From the NCBI RefSeq assembly GCF_902713615.1, contig NW_024055479.1, forward strand, positions 372,001-436,000: a DNA stretch of 64,000 bases. The letters are read 5' to 3'. The DNA is from Scyliorhinus canicula (lineage: Eukaryota). The position numbers and the translations under genes are program-made. The first letter of the stretch is position 1; every line of letters begins with the position of its first letter. Of the stretch, positions 48,239-60,023 are shown piece by piece. Under the pieces are notes generated by a model. The model was not told where the DNA came from. It made no database searches and was given only the letters and a program-made list of their open reading frames with translations.

Positions 48239-50103
48239 AGTAGTTTCATTCCTGTTTGAATGCAGCCACTGAATGGATTGAGGGTGCATTGAAATACACA
48301 AAAAGACATGAATGTCTCCCAGAAATCTAAACTAGATCTGCTAGGAAACAGTTTTTACTACTGTTGATGTTTGTGTCAGAAACGGACACTAAATCGATGA
48401 AATCTTTGCTGTCCGTTTCTTTCCAAATCTTGTGCACGACAAATGAGGAGTAGTATTAGGACGTTGGAGAAAGATGTTATATATTTAAATATTAACAGGG
48501 ACGAGGGCCGTTTATGCAAAGACCAGAGAATTCTGAGTTCATTTGCTTGTAAGAATAGAGGTAGAAGGAAGACTCAAATCGTTTTGCTGTAATTGTTCCC
48601 ATTAGCAGCAGATCCAATGACAAATCATCCCGATTTGATAGAAAAATATGATAGAGAATTATGTATTTATTCATAATATTCCGATTTGTTAACATCTAGA
48701 ACACAACGCGAAAATGATGAAAGAAGATTCAATAAGAACTGCCAAAAGGTGACTGTCATAATCTGAGAATGGAAAGCAATATTGAAAATGTGGGGTGCGA
48801 AAGACGATTGGGACAGCATTTTCAAATAGGCATGTGCCGAATGTTCATTCCGTTCCCTAATTTTTGATACTTCTGGGCGATTCATGCCAGTCCCCCACTA
48901 ATTGTTCTCACTCACATGAGCAGTGAACAGGTGCAGGATGCTCACAAGTCTCCAGAGATTCAACCGTCGCTATTTCCGCTCCGGCAATCCCGCCTGCAGA
49001 TGATACCAGCCGCACATTCTGACTACTTTAGAATCTGCGGTGTCCCGGGTCGCAGCCTCCGTTTGCTGTTCTCATTTCCATTCTGAAACGATTGTGCTGT
49101 TGGGGAAATTGCTGCACATGACCCATTCGTGGCATCGGATAGGAATTGAACAAACGAATGTGATATAAAGTAGGATTATTAGTTAGAATAATGTAGATGA
49201 TAGAGCCGGTCTGATGGTAGTGAGTTCACAGACAAATAACAAAGGAATTCAGCAAAGCATGGCCAGAAAGGTGGAGGGGAGCCTCGTGCAGAGGATGGTG
49301 AAAAGGATGCTGGGTAACAAGAGGCCCATGGTTGAGGAATCCGAAGTGAACCATTCAGGATATATGGCCAGGTCAGGAGGTGTATAGGATGACCTATGGG
49401 AATCTTGTATGTGAAACGTGATGCCTTTTGAATATGTGCAGAGATTTCTTTGTCTTGGTCCTCAGTCGGTTCTGGGAGCTTCAAGAGACTGTATGTGTTC
49501 TGAATCTCTATAGAGAGGGTCAGCCTTGCAAGTTGATTAAAAATAAATAATACTATACCTACAGATTCCTCTCAAGTTTTATTGAGACCAGACTGTCAGC
49601 AAAATAATCAGGATTATCACAAGCACATGGAAGGAGAGCATATGGGGGATAGTGTGTGTGAGAGAGAGAGAGAAAGATTTGAAGCAAAACTCTGAGCAGA
49701 AGGTCAAGAAAGAGAAAGATACTGAAATAGGTTTAGCCTCACTGGGTAACGATTACATTTGGTTAACTGTAAATGTGAGCCTCTGCTTGGGTGTCTGTAC
49801 GAAAGTGTTTGCACGTGCGTCTGGTGTGTGTGTAAGTGCATCGATGGAAGGCCAACCTCAAGCGGATTAGCACAGAAAGAGCTTTGAGTGTTCATGCAGT
49901 AATAGGGCACCAGCATCACTGACTGGTTCATTGTTAGTCCCATTTCTGAGAGAGCAGCCAATCCTCTTCCTCGGCAGCTGTCCCTCAGATTCACAATAAG
50001 CGAAACATGCCCAATTCTATGTTCACTCTTCAATGTCAGTCTATAACATTCAGAATATTTAAAACATTCTGATTTGTTAGCTGAAATCTAAACCACCTGC
50101 CAT

Positions 50104-50547
50104 ATTTCTCCTATGTCCTTTCCCGCTAACCATGGTCGTGTTGCCCGGTGAGTGGATTTTTGAATCGTTTCTTCCTATGTTCCATTGTTTGCAATTACTG
50201 TGATGTCTGACAAAGGTTGGTCTTTGTTTTAGAATTAGTGGATGGATTCAATGTCCCAGAGATGATTCAGGAAGGACAGACCGTAACACAAAACTGCAAT
50301 TACTATACATCGGATAGCTATCCCTCCCTCTTTGGTACATTCACTATTCTACAGAAGCTCCGGGATCCTTAATGAGGAGGTATGGAAAGGGGTAGCGGGC
50401 TAGTTCTCCAGAATAACAAGAGCGGTTTATTTTTGCTGATTTCGACCAGGACAATGAAACAGTCCCTTTACATCTTAGTTAAGCTTCTGTCCCTGACTCT
50501 GCCGCGTATCTCTGTGAGCCTAGATGCATTCAGTCCGTAGAAAAACC
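50104..50547 (+). pseudogene. Degenerate family-B-like V pseudogene
   Basis: Leader ...VVLP-G|gtgagt (donor 50148). QEGQTVTQNC, FWYI and DSAAYLC with frameshifts. Heptamer lost; nonamer agaaaaacc at 50539. Confidence 0.75.
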
Positions 50548-50862
50548 GGCAAGGCACTCTCATCACCTCTCACTGAAACGGATCACGAAAGTGAAGCTCA
50601 GATTCATATCACAGATCAAACCCAATTTGTAAAATAGCTGTCAGCAGAACCCAAACTGAGTGGCGTTGCCTGAGAAGGCAACGCTGTTGAGCATAAAACT
50701 GAGTCCTACACCAGATACACTGTAGAGTCCAGAAATGTGTCCCTGGGAATGTGGATAACAGGGTGAAGGTATGAGGGAGTTCAGCATTGCTGTTCCACCA
50801 CAAGTAGGAGAGTGCGCATGCGTCAGTGCTTCCGTCTGAGGAAAGTCAGACTGCAGTCTCTG

Positions 50863-50916
50863 TGACGTCAGTCTGTACTATCTGTGACGTCAGTCTGTCG
50901 ATTCTTTGTGACGTCA
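50863..50916. promoter_or_regulatory. Three clustered CRE palindromes
   Basis: TGACGTCA at 50863, 50885 and 50909. gcgcatgcgt at 50814. Confidence 0.55.
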
Positions 50917-51222
50917 GAGTTACCCCGTTCCATGGAGCTGATCCTAACATTAAACCCTGTTTTTAAAAAGAATAAACAAAGAAAAGGCGTAGGAAAGACT
51001 AATTAACCGATACGTTTATTTCGAGCTGCATCTACCTGTCATTTTAAAGATTCTATTTTGTTTATTTTTTCAGCCGCTTCTGGAACCAGTATCCTGACGT
51101 TTTCATTGGTTTGTTGGCAGTATTTGGTTTGAGAGGCTGACAGCGCTGCTCATATTACGGGTTAATCTGCCCGAGATTCTGTAGAACCCCCAAACAGACA
51201 GGAGAAATGAGCTACTGTCCAA

Positions 51223-51705
51223 GGTAAACGTACGGGGGTAAGACTGCTTTCCATCACAATTCCCACAGACAGAAAGCAGTAATAGACGGCACAGTCAGGT
51301 GCCGCCCCTTGAAGCTTCAACTGGTGAATTGAGTTGAGGTCTCGAATTCTACCGAGAAATATGGTTTGGCAAAACTTTCATTTACCCACCCAGAATTCCT
51401 GCAGTGCAACTTCGCGCGCTGTGTATCTGGTGCTCTTGTGCCAGAATAAATAATGAAGCTGATGTTGCATACACCTTTTTCAGTTTTCCCTTCTACAACT
51501 GTCTTTAGATCTAAGGACAGCTACTGACAAGCAGAGCCTCCATGACCTGGGTCTAAAAGCATATTCAAACAAGGAATTATCAGACCGGCGGGTGTTTAAT
51601 ATTCTGATTCATACCCTATTTTGGAAATTGGAGAAAATGCGGAAGGTGTTTAGTCCACAATTACCTGTCAGAAATATTCCCACAATATCCTGATGCTACG
51701 TCACA
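51223..51705 (-). pseudogene. Degenerate V pseudogene with a dead RSS
   Basis: KTVVEGKTEKGVC...LFWHK...FSVEFETS...DCAVYYC, then aattgtg, 23 nt, acgtttacc. Leader remnant ...IFLT-G|gtaatt near 51665. Confidence 0.65.
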
Positions 51706-52450
51706 TTCTGCTCGCTATCCGCTCTGTCAAAGGAGTGTTGAGTATTTGAAGACACCGATCCTGATCCTACCATCAATAATCTGCTGTAAGGTCTTAGGAT
51801 TCTATCGCCTCACTGCCATTTGCTCGCTGTGCGGTTGTGAAACGGATGAATAGTGAAGTGACTGCGAGTAAAGAGAAACATATCGGGATCGGTCTCGGCT
51901 ACAGTGTCCTGTCCTTTTCGGGAGCTGGTTCTGTTGGAGGAGATGGGTGAGAAGAAAAACCTTCTTTAGACACTTTAAGACAGAAACCCTGGGTTATGAA
52001 AGATGGTGGAAAATATGATAGATATAAAAAGACACTCCAAAAGGCCATGAACATCGAGGGAGATTGATGCATGGGGTGTGTTTTAACATCGATGTTCCTA
52101 ATTTGTAAATGTTAATCTTTTCATTAAAACAATCCGGACAACTAAAACACGCTGTTCATATAGAGTTTGTGCGCGGTCGTGATCAAAATGATCGGTATAC
52201 TAACGGGAAGACGGAGGAAAATGTCCACAATAAATCAGACAGGCACAGAAATAACATCAAAAGGAAAAAACGAGGTGACACCAGAAATCTATTTGTGACT
52301 CTCATTTTTATTATAACTGTGAGCTGAAAGCGACTACTTTAATTCCCTAAGTGGCCCTTGCCTGGTTTTGTTGGGTGCCCCGTCTTGCTCAGAAATTATG
52401 AAAAGTCTCGTTGGCTTTCACTGTGGAGGTTGAATATTTATCGGCGAGAG

Positions 52451-52467
52451 AACGCCCTCTGGTGGGC
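52451..52467 (-). promoter_or_regulatory. CTCF-like motif downstream of an RSS
   Basis: Minus strand gcccaccagagggcgtt, 12 bp beyond the nonamer. Confidence 0.65.
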
Positions 52468-52479
52468 ACTACTGTGTGG

Positions 52480-52518
52480 GGTTATTGTACGGCATCTGCT
52501 ATATCTCTGTGCAGTGTG
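52480..52518 (-). other. 23-RSS
   Basis: cacactg, 23-nt spacer, acaataacc. Confidence 0.85.
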
Positions 52519-52967
52519 GGCAACATGGCACAGAAATACACGGCACAGTCGGAGAGAAGGGCCCCGGCGATAGTTAAGGAACCGTTGTGTTTTCTTTATG
52601 CAAAACCGCCAAGATCCTCGCTGGTAAATTTGGCGAAATATTTACATCCCCAGAGCTATATATTGCCATTAAATATTTTGGAGCTTTCCCGGGATACTGG
52701 ATGTACCAGAACAGAGTTCGAAGAGCAGCTGTCGAGTATCTACAATCCAGTGTTACGTTCTGTCCTTCCAGAACCTTTAATTCAGATCGATCCTGGAACA
52801 CTGCGTCTTCGCCATTTGTTCCTGTAACAAGACACATAATGTTTCAAACGTCTGGGAGTGAACATAACATATGGAACATGTGTATGTGTGATATTGAATA
52901 TTATAGTAAATATTGACTCACTGGGCAGGATGATGAGAATCACCATAAAGCAATATGAGGAGAACAT
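52519..52967 (-). pseudogene. Family B V with a single 1-bp deletion
   Basis: Intact leader (52967-52922) and splice sites. Exon is open to TTVP* (TAA 52576-52574). Adding one T restores LTIAGALLSDCAVYFCAML, as in the paralog at 33719. Confidence 0.9.
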
Positions 52968-54364
52968 GGTGCCCGGTTTACAGTTGGAAAGAAATAAAAT
53001 CATGCTTGAAATAAGTTGCAGTTCTAGTCTGATATTAAAGAGTAATCTCCAATCAGCTGCAGATTTCACGCAATGTGATTCTGATGGGCGTTTCCCAAGG
53101 TCAGGATTGGCTAGTCCCTCAGTTCTCGTGAGAGTCGGGCACCAATCGTTCTTGCTCCTGGGCTAACGAACTCCTTCAGCATTTTCGCTGCCTTGGTGTC
53201 TCTCAGCTTTCTCTTCGTGTCTGTCTCTCTCTGCTGTTCGGCTTCTCTGTCGGTATCTTGCCTCTCTTTCTCTCTCTCTGTCAGAGACACTTTCACTGTC
53301 TCGTTTTCGTTCCTTCGCGTGGCATTCAAGTTCAGAAGGTAGAAAATCAAATTCATCTCAAATTCCCGTTTCAACCAATTCACGAACCAAGGTACAGTGA
53401 AGGGACCCGGTGCCGTGATGTGGAAACAAAAGGTCGGAGAAACGAAGAGAGACAAACGAACAAATAACAACAAAAACAGAGAGAGAAACAAAGGAACATA
53501 GTGAGAAAAAAGCATGAAGTGGATTCAGGAATTCAAAATGGGAAGAAAAATAAGACATAAATAATATCTATTTAAATATTAAATAATTGAGAAAATGATA
53601 TAATCAATTGAATATAACACAACACGTCAAAATAAGTTACTTCACTGCAATTTAAACATAATTTAAAATTAATTCCTGTGTATATTAACCTGCATTAATA
53701 ATAGTAATAAAAAGGAACCCGTAACCGCTCCCGCCGCAGTCAACAGACAAATATGATGCTGGAGCTCTTTGGTGGGAGGAACTTTAAATTATACAAGATG
53801 ATAACTACAGTTCAGACGCCAGAATAAAATGAAGGCAGCAAACGTCTAATGTATGTTAAATACATGTATGTTAAATTACAAGTTTCAGATACTAAACTAA
53901 TAGCGTATATCCCCGTTCTGTGCATATGCCACGAACAACACAGAGACCATTTCCCTGAGTGCCACAGTAGAATGTTAATCAAACTCGACTCCCTTCACTA
54001 CCACCTCTGCCCCCCCCCCCCCCCCCCCCCCTCTCCTTATACCCTTCCGGGCAGCCAGTTCAGTTTCATTAATGACAGAGACTAAAATCAATAGAACATC
54101 TTCATCTGCATCCAGCACTTTTTATTCTTCCAGGGAACAGTTTTCAGGACAATTATTGATTAAACAGTCGCTGAGGTCAATTAGAGATCAAATTTACCGT
54201 TCTGATTTTTACCGTTCTGTTAGTGATCAGCGAAATGTACGGTTAGATTTCAGCCTCTGCAATAAAACCAAACTTGTGATTTACAAAAATAATATCAGGC
54301 CAATCAGACACAGCTCTGGAGGCGATGTTCCTGTCATGTGTTCCGCAGGAAGTGACATCAGTCA

Positions 54365-54402
54365 AGCTTTGACAAAGAGTCATCCGACTCGAAACGTCAG
54401 CT
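54365..54402 (+). ncRNA. Minimal hammerhead ribozyme motif, U3-A8 variant, in a Penelope family 2 terminal repeat
   Basis: AGCT-TTGACAA-A-GAGTC(atcc)GACTC-GAAA-CG-TC^AGCT. Confidence 0.7.
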
Positions 54403-54612
54403 CGTTTCTCTCCAGACAGATGCTGCCAGACTTGCTGAGATTTTCCAGCATTTTCCCTTTCGTTACTGGCACATCAAAGATGTTTTGACGTCCTTTCCCC
54501 CACCGCCGCCCCCCCCCCCCCTCGTCGCCGCCCCCCACTCCGCACTTGTAAAAGAACAAACATATTTTCTCCTTGGATTTGCGAAGTGATTTACAACTGC
54601 CGCACCGGTATG

Positions 54613-54968
54613 ATAGTCACAGAGACCGGATCCAGTGTATCAATAACAGAGGCTGCCGGGCCCGGGGTCAGACTGGGGTCAGGTATAATAATAATCATAG
54701 AGGCCGGCTCCAGTGTATCAATAACAGAGACTGCCGGGTCCGGGGTCAGACTGGGGTCTGGTATAATAATAATCACAGAGACCGGTTCCAGTGTATCAGT
54801 AACAGAGGCTGCCGGGCCCGGGGTCAGACTGGGATCTGGTATAATAATAATCACAGAGACCGGCTCCAGTGTATCAATAACACAGACTGCCGGGCCCGGG
54901 GTCAGACTGGGGTCTGGGATAATAATAATCACAGAGACCGGCTCCAGTGTATCAATAACAGAGACTGG
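54613..54968. repeat. 78-bp tandem repeat (about 4.5 copies)
   Basis: agag(a/g)ccgg recurs at 54621, 54699, 54777, 54855 and 54933. Confidence 0.9.
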
Positions 54969-55324
54969 TGATAATCTTCGATTAAAGGAGGCAGTGGATC
55001 TCATGAACAGTTGATTTTAAGAGGAAGTGAAACTATCAGAAAGCAAGGATTCTTTGGGCCCTACCCCAGGCTTCATTATCAAGCTGAGTGACAGGGATGT
55101 GTGCGGGAAAAGTGGATTGGAAACTTCATTGAGTGAGGCGCGTGTGATTGACTCCACCTAGGATCGTTTATACCCAATGGGAGGACCATTATGGCACCTA
55201 TATTGGTGCATCTGTCGGGGGAAACAAAAGCATCTGTTTCTGATCATTCTTACCAACAGTTCTCCATTTACACAGACACGCAAGAGCCCGTTCCGGCAGC
55301 TTCTGAACCCAATATTTCTTTGGT

Positions 55325-55522
55325 AAATTTAAAGTATCCATTTATTTATATTTAGCACGGCCAATCCACCTAACCTTCACAGATTTGGGTTGTGGGGGTG
55401 AAACCCACACAGTCACGGGAAGAAGGTGCAAACTCCACACGGACAGTGACCCAGGACCGGGATCGAACTCGGGTCTTCAGAGGCGTAGGCAGCAGTGCTA
55501 ACCACTGCGCCACCCTACCGTC
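55325..55522 (-). mobile_element. V-SINE-like SINE
   Basis: ggccaatccacctaacc...gtgctaaccactgcgccac. Confidence 0.8.
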
Positions 55523-55654
55523 CCAGCTTATGGACACATATGTTTAAATCATCAGTTTCGGACACAAAGACTAAAAGCCAAAGCCTCATCACAGGAAGAA
55601 TTAGTGCCACAAATGTTAACGATAATTGTTCTTTTTCGAAACAAGTGCTATTCG

Positions 55655-55815
55655 AAAATGAAAAATGAAAATCACTTATTGTCACGAGTAGGCTTCAATG
55701 AAGTTACTGTGGAAAGCCCCTAGTCGCCGCATTCCGGCGCCTGCCCGGGGATCGAACCGTGCTGCTGGTCTGCTTGGTAAGCCAGAGATTTAGCCCAGTG
55801 AGCTAAACCAGCCCC
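55655..55815 (-). mobile_element. SINE family 2
   Basis: Same sequence as 46135-46305. Confidence 0.85.
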
Positions 55816-57630
55816 TATCCACTGTTACTTTGTCCAAAGTAGTGGATTGTAAACAGCAACGAACCTCTGAAAGATTCGTGGCAATTATCTGCACACACCC
55901 AGGTTCTGCCTAAAGACAGGATTAGCACAAGAGCAAAGCTGTACAATCATTGTATTTTATTCGGCCTCAATGAATGACAGAGGGAGATACAGAAAAGGTG
56001 CTGGGACAATGATTAGAGATGAACCATCTAACTGTTCCCTTCCCTCTCATCCTTCAGATCTTAATACTTTCAAATATTTATCCATCATTTTCCAAAGTTA
56101 CTGTTAAATCTGATTCCATCATACTTTCCCGATGTGTGTTCCAGTTTATAACAACTCGCTGTGTAAAAACAATCCTCCTGTTCAATACGGTACATCTGTG
56201 TCCTCTGGTTACAGACCCTCCTACCAGTTGTAATAGTCTCTCTTTAATTACTAGATTTAAACCTTGATGGTTTTGTTTTAGCAGTTTAATTAAATAGACA
56301 CACATAAAGATGGAGAAAGATACAGAGAGAGGATGTGAAACTGAGCGAAGAAATTAGAAAGAGAGACACAACTGAGAAACAGTAAAAACAAATTACACCC
56401 AGAGCGGGAGAATGATACAATAGTGAAATGGAACAAGATATCATTCCTGGCTTCAGAGAACCGGGGAAACTCAGTGACTGATCCACTGACCATCCAGTTA
56501 TGTCCTGGAATGGAATCTTTGAACAGATCACAACAGGTTCATTTGTAAATGTCACCACAATGTGATCTGTGTGACTCTGCCCTGACTCTGTGGGCACATA
56601 TAGGCCGCACTGACAGATGTTCTCACCAGATTGTGGTCCCTGGATTTATTTTCTGCTCAGAAGTGAGATGTGCGGTTTGGAACCAGCAGCAGAGAAACAG
56701 GAAGTTGTGTTACCTGAGAATGAAACAGCAGGCGTCAGTTTCATGTTATCACCGTGAACAGTCTTCCTGCCTGTGAGGGTGAACTCACTCTGACAGCATC
56801 AAGAACACCCACACAGATTGCTGCCGCTCTCAGCATTACATTCACCTCCATTCCCATTCCCTTGTAAAAGTTATATTATTTGTTTAGAAACACAGTAACC
56901 GATCGGGAGGTGCACAGATGATCTTCACTGGTCATAATACAAATAATAATCTGGAGAGATGAAGGGAAATTAAAGCAACAATCTGTTAACAGAGGTTATA
57001 CTAATGTAGAAAGTTTGAAGTCACTTGGTGTCAGAGCGAGAGAGATGGGGGGGGGGGGGGGAGGGGGGGAGTGAGAGGGGAGGAAAGGGAGAGAGGTTAA
57101 GTGAATGATCCATTGCCTTTTTGGCACGGAATTTTCCTCTGATGACGTTTTGGTGCTTAATTATTTGCCTTCAGCAAAAAAAGATTTATACACGAGGTGC
57201 CATTTAAACACTAGGTTCCAGACTCGGCTGCTGTGTGCCTGTGTGAGTGAGTGAAGTCTGAGAGAGAGAAGAGGGTTCAACTGATTTAGGTGCAGCCTGA
57301 GACAGAGAAAGCGAGCTGGACCGATATGTAAGTAATTTGAAAGATATATTTGCCTTTTCAATTGAATGGACAGCTTGATATTACTGTCTAGATCACTCAG
57401 GACAATACATTACAAGTACATATTGAGTGCAGCATAGGATGTGGAAGGTAATCTCAATAAAATGTCGTCCTGTGCTGAAACATAATTGCAATTATTGGCA
57501 ACGCCATTTTGCAAACATGAATAATGATGTGTTCCAGACTAATCGGCCCATATAGACACACAGGCGCGTACATAGACACACCTATCCACACACAGATACG
57601 CGCACACACACACACACGTACAGACATATA

Positions 57631-57810
57631 GGGGCTGGTTTAGCTCACTGAGCTAAATCGCTGGCTTTTCCAGCAGGCCAGCAGCACGGTTTCGATTCCC
57701 ATACCAGCCTCCCCAGACAGGCGCCGGAATGTGGCGACTAGGGGGCTTTTCACAGTAACTTCATTGAAGCCTACTCGTGACAATAAGCGATTTTCAGTTT
57801 TCATTTCATT
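57631..57810 (+). mobile_element. SINE family 2
   Basis: ggggctggtttagctcactgagc...aataagcgattttcagttttcatttcatt. Confidence 0.85.
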
Positions 57811-58339
57811 CCATACACACACAGTTTCAGACTCTGTCTCTCACAATCAGTGACCACAACAAAAGCAAACAGAAATCCATTCAGCCAAAAGGGCGAAGGA
57901 CAATTCGGACCATGAAAGGAAACAGCGGGTAATTGCCACAGATGAACACAAGGCTGAATTAGCCATCCTGCAACACACTGGAGTGTGTGACAGTGTTGTG
58001 CAATGTGAAGTTCAATATGGCCCCTGTGTTTCATTTCCTCAGCCTGGTGATGAAGTGAATATCTCAAGATTCGCTCCAACCTTGCAGCAAAATATACACA
58101 CCCATTACCAGACCAATCACACATACCAAATAGTTATTCATTATGCTTTTGTAAGTGAATTAAGTCTGAGAGAGAACAGGAGATATTAATTAATCGATGT
58201 GTAGTCTGAAATAAAGAGATGAGAACAGATCGGCAGGAGTTTTTAAAGATGTATTTGCCTTTGCAACGAACTTCCATAACAGCTAATACTGATTGATACG
58301 ACAAAATGCATTCTTCCAAACACAAGTGAGTATCACAAG

Positions 58340-58680
58340 GCAGTGGTTGCAGTGGTATTGTCGCTGGACTAGTATTCCAGAGACCCAGAGTCAAGCTCTG
58401 GGGACCCGGGCTCCCACCACGGCAGGTGGTGAAATTTGAATCAAGAAAACTCTGGAATTAAAAGTTTAATGATGACCATGAAACCATTGTTCTGTCTAAT
58501 CAAAACCCATCTGGTTCACTGATGTCCTTCAGGGAAGGACACCTGTCGCCCTTACTAGTCTGGCCTACATATGACTCCAGATGACTCCACAGCAATGTGG
58601 TTGACTCTTAAATGCCCTCAGGGATGGGTAAGAACTGCAGGATCAGCCAGCGACATCCACATCCCATGAACGAACAAAAA
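58340..58680 (+). mobile_element. SINE with an L2-type tail (possibly DeuSINE/SacSINE1-like)
   Basis: tRNA-like head, central ccatctggttcactgatgtccttcagggaagg...gtggttgactcttaaatgccc and tail cccatgaacgaac. The family name is from memory. A degenerate copy lies at 36570-36760. Confidence 0.55.
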
Positions 58681-58859
58681 TCAGTTAGTATATTCAAAAT
58701 AAAATTCCACCTTTCTTTCTTTCTTCTTCTTTCTTCTATCTATCTATCTTACTTTCTCTATCTATCTATCTTTCATATATTTATCTATCTATCCATCAAT
58801 CTATCTATCTGTCTGTCTATCTATTTGTCAATTTTTTAGACAACCTTTTGTTGTTTTCA

Positions 58860-59470
58860 TTCATTTGCGCGATATGACGCCACTGATCGGGTCAGCAATT
58901 ATGGCCCATTCCAAGTTGCCATTCAGAAGGTGGTGGTGAGCTGCCACCTTGAAACGCTGCAGTCCCTGATATACAGTTACACCCATACTGTATTAGCGAG
59001 AGATATCCAGTATTTTCACCCAGCCACGGTGAAGGAACGGCGATATGTTTCCAAGTCAAAGTGTTGAGTGACTTGGACAGGAATCTCCAGTTGGTGGTGT
59101 TCCAAAGTATCTGCTGCTCTGGTCCTTGTTGATGGTTGTCGCCGTGGGTCTGGTAGGTGCTGAATATGAAACCTTTATTAGTTCCAACAGTAAATCTTGT
59201 GGATGGCAACAATAAGCAACTGATTTGTCCTGGATGGTGTAAAGCTTCTTGAGATTTGTTGAAGCTGCACTCCAGACAAGTGGAGCTTGTATTCCATTAC
59301 ACTTCAGAGTTTTGCCTGGAAGATGGTGGACAGGCTTGGGCAATCGGGCTGTGAGTTACTCGCCACAGGATCTCTATCCTTTGAACTGCTCTGGCAGCCA
59401 CAGTATTCGTCTGGCTTGTCCAGTTCAGTTTCCGGTCAATGACAACCCCCAGGATGTTGATTGTGCGGGA
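58860..59470 (-). mobile_element. L2-type LINE 3' fragment
   Basis: ...PLVWSAASTNLKKLYTIQDK... and the 3' end ggcagctcaccaccaccttc. Confidence 0.7.
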
Positions 59471-59622
59471 ATCAATGGAAATAAACCTGTTGCATTATTT
59501 GTGGGGGAAGACTTCAGCCGCGAATGAAACAGAGTTTCATTCATGCATCACTTAATTAATCCGCACATAATGCAATATTAACAGATATAAGGTCTAATGC
59601 AATGATTAAAAAAGAGCCAATT

Positions 59623-59786
59623 GAAATGAAATGAAAAAATGAAATAAAAATCGCTTATTGTCACGAGTAGGCTCCAATGAAGTTACTGTGAAAAGCCCCT
59701 AGTCGCCACATTCCGGCGCCTGTCTGGGGAGGCTGCTGGCCTGCTTTAAAAGCCAGCGATTTAGCCAAGTGAGCTAAACCAGCCCC
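59623..59786 (-). mobile_element. SINE family 2
   Basis: Same sequence as 46135-46305. Confidence 0.85.
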
Positions 59787-60023
59787 TATTGCAGTAGAGA
59801 GATGTGATTCTCAGTGCATTTCTGAATGTGACTGCACCTATTTGTTAAACAGTAACACAGTCTCGTGCAGTCATACCTGAGAAAGGGTGAATTGTGGTAT
59901 GTATAGAAACATGGTTCCTTCTTATTCAAATGTTTAAATGCAGGGAGCATTATATACACAGATACAATGCCGAGGGAAAGATAAAAACGAAACATGTCCT
60001 GTTCAATCATTCCAGCGGACAAG

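Noticed and set aside
49890-50030. YYC-containing V 3' remnant (-)
   Set aside because: Short, frameshifted and without a recognisable RSS.
56560-56850. Leader, 18-nt 'intron' and V-like remnant (-)
   Set aside because: The intron is too short, Trp is absent and the RSS is not convincing.
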